Assembly: GCF_009914755.1 (NCBI RefSeq)
Contig: NC_060926.1
Strand: one strand, 5' to 3'
Origin: the human T2T-CHM13v2.0 reference genome, Homo sapiens
DNA length: 64,000 nt
Part shown: piece by piece, positions 55,981 through 64,000 of the stretch
Layout of the letters: every line of letters starts with the position of its first letter
Numbering within the stretch: the first letter of the stretch is position 1
Position numbers and translations under genes: made by a program
Notes under the pieces: model-generated
The model's database searches: none
Seen by the model: the letters and a program-made list of their open reading frames with translations, nothing else
What the model was told of the DNA's origin: nothing

Positions 55981-57949
55981 AAATATACATCTGAATTCAA
56001 ATTTGAACTCAATTTAAAGTAAATCATATTTTTCATTCAAATTTGTCTTTTTCCTCCTTTTAGAAGCTGTGAAAGGCGAGTGCTTCACTGCCTCCCATTG
56101 TCTGACAGCTCTTCCCACACCCTCAAACAATGAAAACTTTCGTCTTCAGGCCAATGTCCTATCATTTTCTGTACCTCATACAAGGTAGCTTTCTTGCATG
56201 ATCTTACTCTTTTCCTAGATCCTAAAATCATGCCTTCTCTATCTAGATGATGCCTGGAAACACAATTCTTGAATTCTTTTCTGAGCTTTCTCCAACTTAC
56301 CACCACTAGCAGAAATAACACACACAGGTACACTCTGCACATGAAGAGCCCCAAGACAGCCCCTTCACTGTGCTATCCTGACATTCTCGACCCCCATTCA
56401 CAAGTGGAGTCACTGCCAACATTCTACTTAACCTTTATTCCTTTGACTTACAGTTGACTGAAACCAACAGAGCTCTTTTTGTTATAGATGCTGCTGCTGC
56501 TAGGCACCATCTCACCCATTCCGCTAACTGTATTTTTAAAATTGTTCCCCTTCTCCTACTCTATCCATTGCATTAAATATTTCTGAAGTTTAATTTCATT
56601 GGTTTAATCTCTTATATAAAGATCAGGTTCTAAAGTCAAGCAGATAAGACTAAATGGAATATAAGCAAACCTAAACTTGAAAGGCCCGTCAGAATTTCCA
56701 TCTGGTGTTAGAATAGGACCAGATACAGCAGGAGACTTGCACCTGGTGACTACGTCATACCAAAAAATCCCATGTCTTAAATGACCAGAATCACACTCAG
56801 TGTGATGCTGTCATGCGCAGTATTAGGAAACAACACATTTAAGCAAACTTTTTCAAACAGTCTTCCTCATCTCAACTAAGAACACAAAAATAACCGAGTA
56901 ACTCTTTTCTCAATTCTCCCAACAACGATCCATCACTGGAGCCATCCTAAATGCATGGGGGAGAAGGTAATTGATCACATAAACTGGATGCCTTAGGGAA
57001 TTAGGAACACGTTTTCTCGGTTGAGAAAGGCCCTCTCATCTCAAGTTTAGTCCAGGACATATGCCCCCCAGAGCGAATGGACAGCCACGTAAGTGAAACT
57101 GCCTAAGAGTGCAAACATGCTCGCTTGCTCCCTCCACCTCTCCCCTACATACACCTCCCTCCCTCCCCCCACCACCCCTCCACCTCCAGCCTCCAACATC
57201 TTGAAGGGCTTTTATTGAAACTGATGTAAGCTAAATGAACTTCTGACAGGATTTCACTTTAAATCCAATCAGTAGCCACTAAAATATCCCAAATGCAAAG
57301 AAAATGTAACAGAAATGTTGGCAAGAATGTCTCTGACTAGTGAGATTTATAAATTTTTCATCTTTTTCTGATATTTATGTATTTTCAAAAATAACTATTA
57401 CTTTATATTCATACAGAAAATATATTTTTTAATAATTTCCAAGAGTTTATAATAATAAAGAAATGTTTAGTGGGAAAAAAAACAAGATAAGAAACCATAT
57501 TAACAAAGTTTCAGATTAAATATTGAAAAAATACAGCAAAATGTTAATGTTTGTCTTTAGGCAGTGGAAGGGTATTTGAGTTTTCTTCTACTCATCTGTA
57601 TTTGCCATATTTTGTACAAAGAGTGCGCCTTGATGATATAATTGGGGAAAATGAACTTCACTTTAAAAAATCAGACTTCTTATTTAAACAACCAGATGTT
57701 ATCACTGCTTTCTGTTTCAATAGTCAATGGCAAAACTAATGGCACAACAGACCTCTCTCAATCTATATCTTAAGTGATTATCAGACTAAACAATCCCAAA
57801 TCATGTCTTAACTCATTTTCCTTGCTCACATTCACAAGTTTGTCACAATCTTTTCCGTGTATAGCTTTATTTTGCTCAACATGATATTCCCTTCTAAAAG
57901 CTAAATAAAAGTCCATGCTCACACAATGCCATAATTATTATTCTTTTTC

Positions 57950-58137
57950 CCCTCAGTCCCCTGAGTAGCTAAAACTACAAATGCATACCACCATGCCCAG
58001 CTAATTTTTTAAAACATTTTGCAGAAAGAGGGTCTCACTATGTTGCCCAGGCTGCCTAGAAATCCTGGCCTCAAGTGATCCTCCCACCTCATCCTCCCAA
58101 AGTACTGGGATTACAGACATGAACCACCACACCCAGC
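57950..58137 (-). mobile_element. Partial AluJ
   Basis: cctcagtcccctgagtagct...caccacacccagc. Confidence 0.85.
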
Positions 58138-58480
58138 TTAATGACTTAATTTTATCCAAATACTCTTTGCCACCCACGGACCCCGTGAATTCTGTTCATT
58201 ACAAGAAATCAGCTGAACATGAGAAATGACTGAATGAGTATATCCATTCTACATAAATGCCTTACAATATCATTCCTCTTTTGTTGCTCAAGAAACTAGT
58301 GTTCGGAGAGAATAAGTAACTCATTCAAGGTCACATTTATAAATGGCAATGCTGGTATTCAAACTCGGGTCCAACCAATTCCAAAGTCTAAGTTATTTCT
58401 ACTATGCAATGTGGAAGGAAGAAATGCTTTTTAGATCCAGCTGTCACCAACTTGCCATTTGACCTTAAACAATAACTTGC

Positions 58481-58815
<335 letters not shown>

Positions 58816-59679
58816 TTAAGGGCTGGACTAGATGACCTTGGAGATCCCTTCTAGCTCTGATGGTCTATGCTCCAAAGCTTCCCCTTTCCTTTAAAGCACA
58901 CTGATGAATCCTTTAGTGTGGACAAGATTTGAGCAACGACTTTCCCGTTTACATTCTGTCTGGAACATCGTTTGTATGCTGATAAATTCCCTAGGGAAGA
59001 GTTTTCTTTTCATCTGACACTACCTTCCCAAACAAAGAGAATATGTTGCTACTGGTACTATAAAAGAGCAATTTCTGGCAAAATTACATCTGTCAGTATG
59101 TCTAATAGGGCTCTGCTTAAATGTGCACTTTAGATGAAAGTGTGATCTATCATTTTTAGGATTCTACACGGACACTAACAGATTCAGGGCCATTTCAACA
59201 TATACTAATGGGGCAAAGAGATCTCTTACTGGGGACTTCTCCAGAATATCAATTTAGTAAACATAAATGATCCTACATTGTTGGCTTTGAACTGAAATAC
59301 ATCAGCTGGACCAATCGTGGTCCTGATTCAAACCCAAATCTTAGGGAATGACGTGTACAGCACTCCCAGCAACTCCAGTTAAAAGCATGGAGAGAAAAAC
59401 AAAAGGCATTCTTTTCAATCTTTAAAACATACAATAAGGCTGTCATACTCTAGATGCAAAGCCAACTTCTGCACAAATTCCAAAAAAATTAAGACAAAAG
59501 CTAAATGCCCTTGCTTTCATATTCTCCTTTTGGATTTTTATAGGAAAAAAAAGTTTAATTAACCTATCTTCTTAACAGAATCACTATTAAATCTTTTGGA
59601 CAAGGTATTACTTTTAAAAATTTGTTGGCACTCCCAAACACAACGATTGCATCATACCACCATTCTCAGATGTGGCTGA

Positions 59680-60166
<487 letters not shown>

Positions 60167-60344
60167 TAATCAGGTCACTCTCACTTGTGTGCTCATTAAT
60201 TTTTCCACACCCATTAAGTGAGGGCCTACAGTATGACAGGCACTGCTTTAGGTGCTGAGGATATAACAGGGAAAAAGACAAAATGACGCCCCTGCATTCA
60301 TGTCTTACATTACAATGGGGAAATATAGACGTAAAGAAGTAAAT

Positions 60345-60522
60345 AAACGAAGAGAAAATATTTTAGGGCTCACGAGCCATATGGTCTCTGTCACAGCTAC
60401 TCAACTTTGCCATTATAGTCAGAAAGTTGCATAGATAATACATAAATGAATGGGCTCACTGTGTTTCAATAAAACTTTATTTACAAAAACAGACAGCTGG
60501 TGTGTAGTTTCCCAAACCCCAG
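60345..60522 (+). mobile_element. MER58A-like (hAT-Charlie)
   Basis: ccatatggtctctgtcacagctactcaactttgcc; caataaaactttatttacaaaaacag. Confidence 0.8.
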
Positions 60523-60889
60523 TCTAGAGTACACCCTGCAAGATCATCTGATTCTCATTCTACAGGACCTATTTTACAACTTTGCAAATTGTAAGTAACT
60601 GGAAGCAATGCAAAATAATTGTCTATAGACATGCAAATGAATTATGTCTGGTGGACAGTTTATACCTTTGGAAAAGGCCCCAAATAGTCCAAAATAGACC
60701 ATTTTGTGTCTACTTGCACATTCCCAATTCAATATAACTTTATTCCATGTAAATTTGTCCTTTTTTACACTTTTCCTTTTAAAAGTTAAATTAAAATTTT
60801 ACCTTTTGATTTAACCATGGGCCTGGTTCCCTCATTTAATTTACAGGTTAAATTAAAATGTGAAATTTTTAAATTTTAAAATATTATTT

Positions 60890-61018
60890 AAAAAAATAAT
60901 AGCAACAGTGTCTTGGTTATGTTGCCCAGGCTAGTCTGAAACTCCTGGGCTCAAGTGATCCTTCGGCCTTAGCCTCCTAAAGTGCTGGGATTACAGGTGT
61001 GAGCCACCGCACTAGGCC
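60890..61018 (-). mobile_element. FLAM_C-type monomer
   Basis: Single left monomer. Confidence 0.85.
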
Positions 61019-61291
61019 TAAATTAAAATTTTAAGATGTATTTATTTCATCTCTATATGAGAATCATGATTTCATGTTTTGGGGAAGTTATCTTTTAGCA
61101 GTTTTGGAGGTCTCACTAAGATACCTGATGCACTCACCTGACAGAACCAGGAAAACTTCCTCATCAGAGTGTAACATACTTGGGCTCCTGAAATCCAAGC
61201 ACAGTTGTCCTTGGCTCGCGGGGTGAATCCAAATGAACAGCAGAACTTGGCTGTGTCTGTCTTTCTTTTTTATTTTACTTAGTTATTCCGT

Positions 61292-61404
61292 TATTTTTTT
61301 GAGACAAGTTCTCACCATGTTGCCCAAGCTGGATTTGAACTGGGCTCAAGTGATTCTCCACTCCTGAGTAGTTGGGATTACAGGTGGGTACCACCGCAAA
61401 AGGC
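61292..61404 (-). mobile_element. FLAM_A-type monomer
   Basis: gagacaagttctcaccatgttgcccaagctgg. Confidence 0.8.
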
Positions 61405-61519
61405 TCTAATTTTAAATTTCTTATCTAATAAAGCTTATGTAATATATAATTGATATATTAATTATATATTAATGTATCATAACATTGGTATTAATTATAT
61501 ATTGATATATTATTAATAT

Positions 61520-61631
61520 ACAGCCCATAAGTTATTCCCCACTTATGGTAACAGTGGCTGGGGATTTGGTTTAACAGCCCATAAGTTATTCCCCATTTAT
61601 GGTGGCAGTGGCTGAGGATTTGGTTTAACAG
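61520..61631. repeat. 54-bp tandem duplication with an internal 8-bp hairpin
   Basis: acagcccataagttattcccca(c/t)ttatggt..cagtggctg.ggatttggttta at 61520 and 61574. Confidence 0.93.
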
Positions 61632-61818
61632 TCTGACTATTTGGTGATCTTTGTAAATAGATTAATGCTTAATAGAGATCTATTCTCTGTTGAGTGAGAA
61701 GAAAACAGAATCTGATTCTTTAGTCTCTTTCTGCTTTTCTATTATGTAAGACTTTTCAAGTTGTAAGCAAAATAATGAGCCACTGGAAGGTTTTAAGCAG
61801 AAGAGTAACACAATCTGA

Positions 61819-62541
<723 letters not shown>

Positions 62542-63017
62542 TAGACATCCAAGTGGAGAAGCCGAGTAGACTGGTGGATATGTACCTCTGTAGCTCAGAG
62601 GGAAGGCTGGAGAGGGAAAATTGGACGTCATTAACACACAGCTGTTATATAAAGCCTAGTTATATAAAGCCTAGGCATAAACAAGCTCCCTGGGAGAGAA
62701 TATAAATAAAGAAGAGACAAGGACTAAGTCCTAGCGCTCACTAACATTCAGAGGTCAGGGGAGAGAGGCAAGATCCGAAGTCTAGGACGTTATCAGCAGG
62801 AGGAGGAGCCAGTGAAGACTGAAAAGAGATAACTAGATGAAAGAAGGAATCCCAGGAGAATGTGGCCTTCTAGAAGCTGGGCACAGAGTTTTAAGGAGGC
62901 CTGGTCAACTGTGTTTCTAAATACCACTTGGAGATAAAGTAAAATGATGTGCATATGAGATGTATGTTCAAGGAGAAAGGGAGGATGACTGTACACGTCT
63001 GTCCAGGAAAAGCAATA

Positions 63018-63367
63018 CAGGCTGAGTAGCCTGTTTCTAAAATGCTTGAGATCAGAAGGATTTTAAATTTTTGATTTTTTTTTTGGCTTTTGGAACATTT
63101 GTATAAAAATAATGAGATATCTTGGGATGAGACCCAAGTCTAAACATGAAATTCATTCATGCTTCATATACACTTTATACACACAGACTGAAGGTAATTT
63201 TATACCTTTAAACATTTTATATTTTTAATAATTTTTGGCAGGAAACAGACTTTAGGTTAAGTCTCATGTTTGGATTTTCCACTTGTGGAGTCATGTTGGC
63301 ACTCAAAAGAGTTTTAAATTTTGGAGCGTCTGCATTTCAGATTTTTGGATTATAGAGGCTCAACCTC
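63018..63367 (+). mobile_element. Tigger4/Zombi-type MITE
   Basis: TIRs caggctgagtagcc / ggctcaacctc with TA on each side; cttgggatgagacccaagtctaaacatgaaattcat. Confidence 0.85.
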
Positions 63368-63949
63368 TACGTTCTCTATCGGCCAACATTCTCTCTACTG
63401 TTCTCTTTTGTTTCCAGAGATTGTGGGACAAATATGGTCATTCACTATTTTGCCCCAGATATGTGCTATGATCATAAGGCAAAGAAAACACCAAGTCTCC
63501 AACCCTGAAATTCAAATTTAAGATGAAGGTGGGGGAGATTTTTACAAATCTATATATAATATCTACACAGAAGAAGGGGGCTGATAAAATATCTACATAA
63601 AAAAGAGACTGATACAAAGTGCCTGACCCTTGACTTAGGGAAAATGCGTAGGAAGCCACTGAACCCTGCTGCCTTCCTTCACAGCGCTTAGTCACAGATC
63701 TGTTTATCACCACCCCTCACCTAGATTGTAAGCTCACAAGGGCGGTGAGTGTACAATAGAGAACATGTTGGTTTTCTTCACCAACATATTCCTGCAGCCT
63801 AGTACCGTACTCAATATATCCTTACTGAACAAATACAAGCACTTGTTGGTCTCCTACATTTACTTTTATAATATAGGAAGACAAAATAAAAATATTAAGA
63901 GACAAAATAGCAAAACACTCGTCCATCTAGGAATTTCATGTATTTCTTA

Positions 63950-64000
63950 TTTTTTTTAAGAGAGTCTGTGTCACCCAGGCTGGAGTGCGGTAGCACGACC
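63950..64000 (-). mobile_element. Alu 3' end (cut by window edge)
   Basis: gtcacccaggctggagtgcggt. Confidence 0.85.

Noticed and set aside
62644-62674. 15-bp tandem duplication gttatataaagccta
   Set aside because: Ordinary slippage duplication in an L2 fossil

Overview
Human-like (hominid) genomic DNA covering the 3' half of NOL10 (nucleolar protein 10, a WD40/NUC153 ribosome-biogenesis factor) on the minus strand. Eight coding exons can be spliced with GT-AG boundaries and consistent phases (35362-35236, 31208-31129, 30925-30827, 28993-28904, 17802-17629, 17341-17094, 5777-5675, 229-110). They encode the C-terminal 346 aa, [10 protein letters not shown]...RHKRGRSFH*. Exon numbers 14-21 are assigned from my recollection of the 21-exon gene. 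Positions 35363-64000 are one long intron with no further recognisable coding exon. The rest is intronic and rich in Alu, L1/HAL1, L2/MIR and Tigger/hAT DNA transposon fossils; almost all other ORFs in the track are repeat-derived noise. I see no new gene system. The most notable structures are: (1) a ~712-bp young insertion that reads as an SVA-driven 3' transduction with a twin-priming inversion and a perfect 16-bp TSD; (2) a 64-bp identical tract shared by two Alus 3 kb apart, suggesting gene conversion; (3) a tiny polyadenylated, TSD-flanked retrocopy of a MER41-type LTR R region; (4) several VNTRs and template-switch scars; (5) candidate splice-regulatory sites (competing donor, poison exon, recursive site, circRNA-prone exon blocks). 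Repeat family names come from remembered consensus sequences, and repeat boundaries are approximate unless a TSD is cited.
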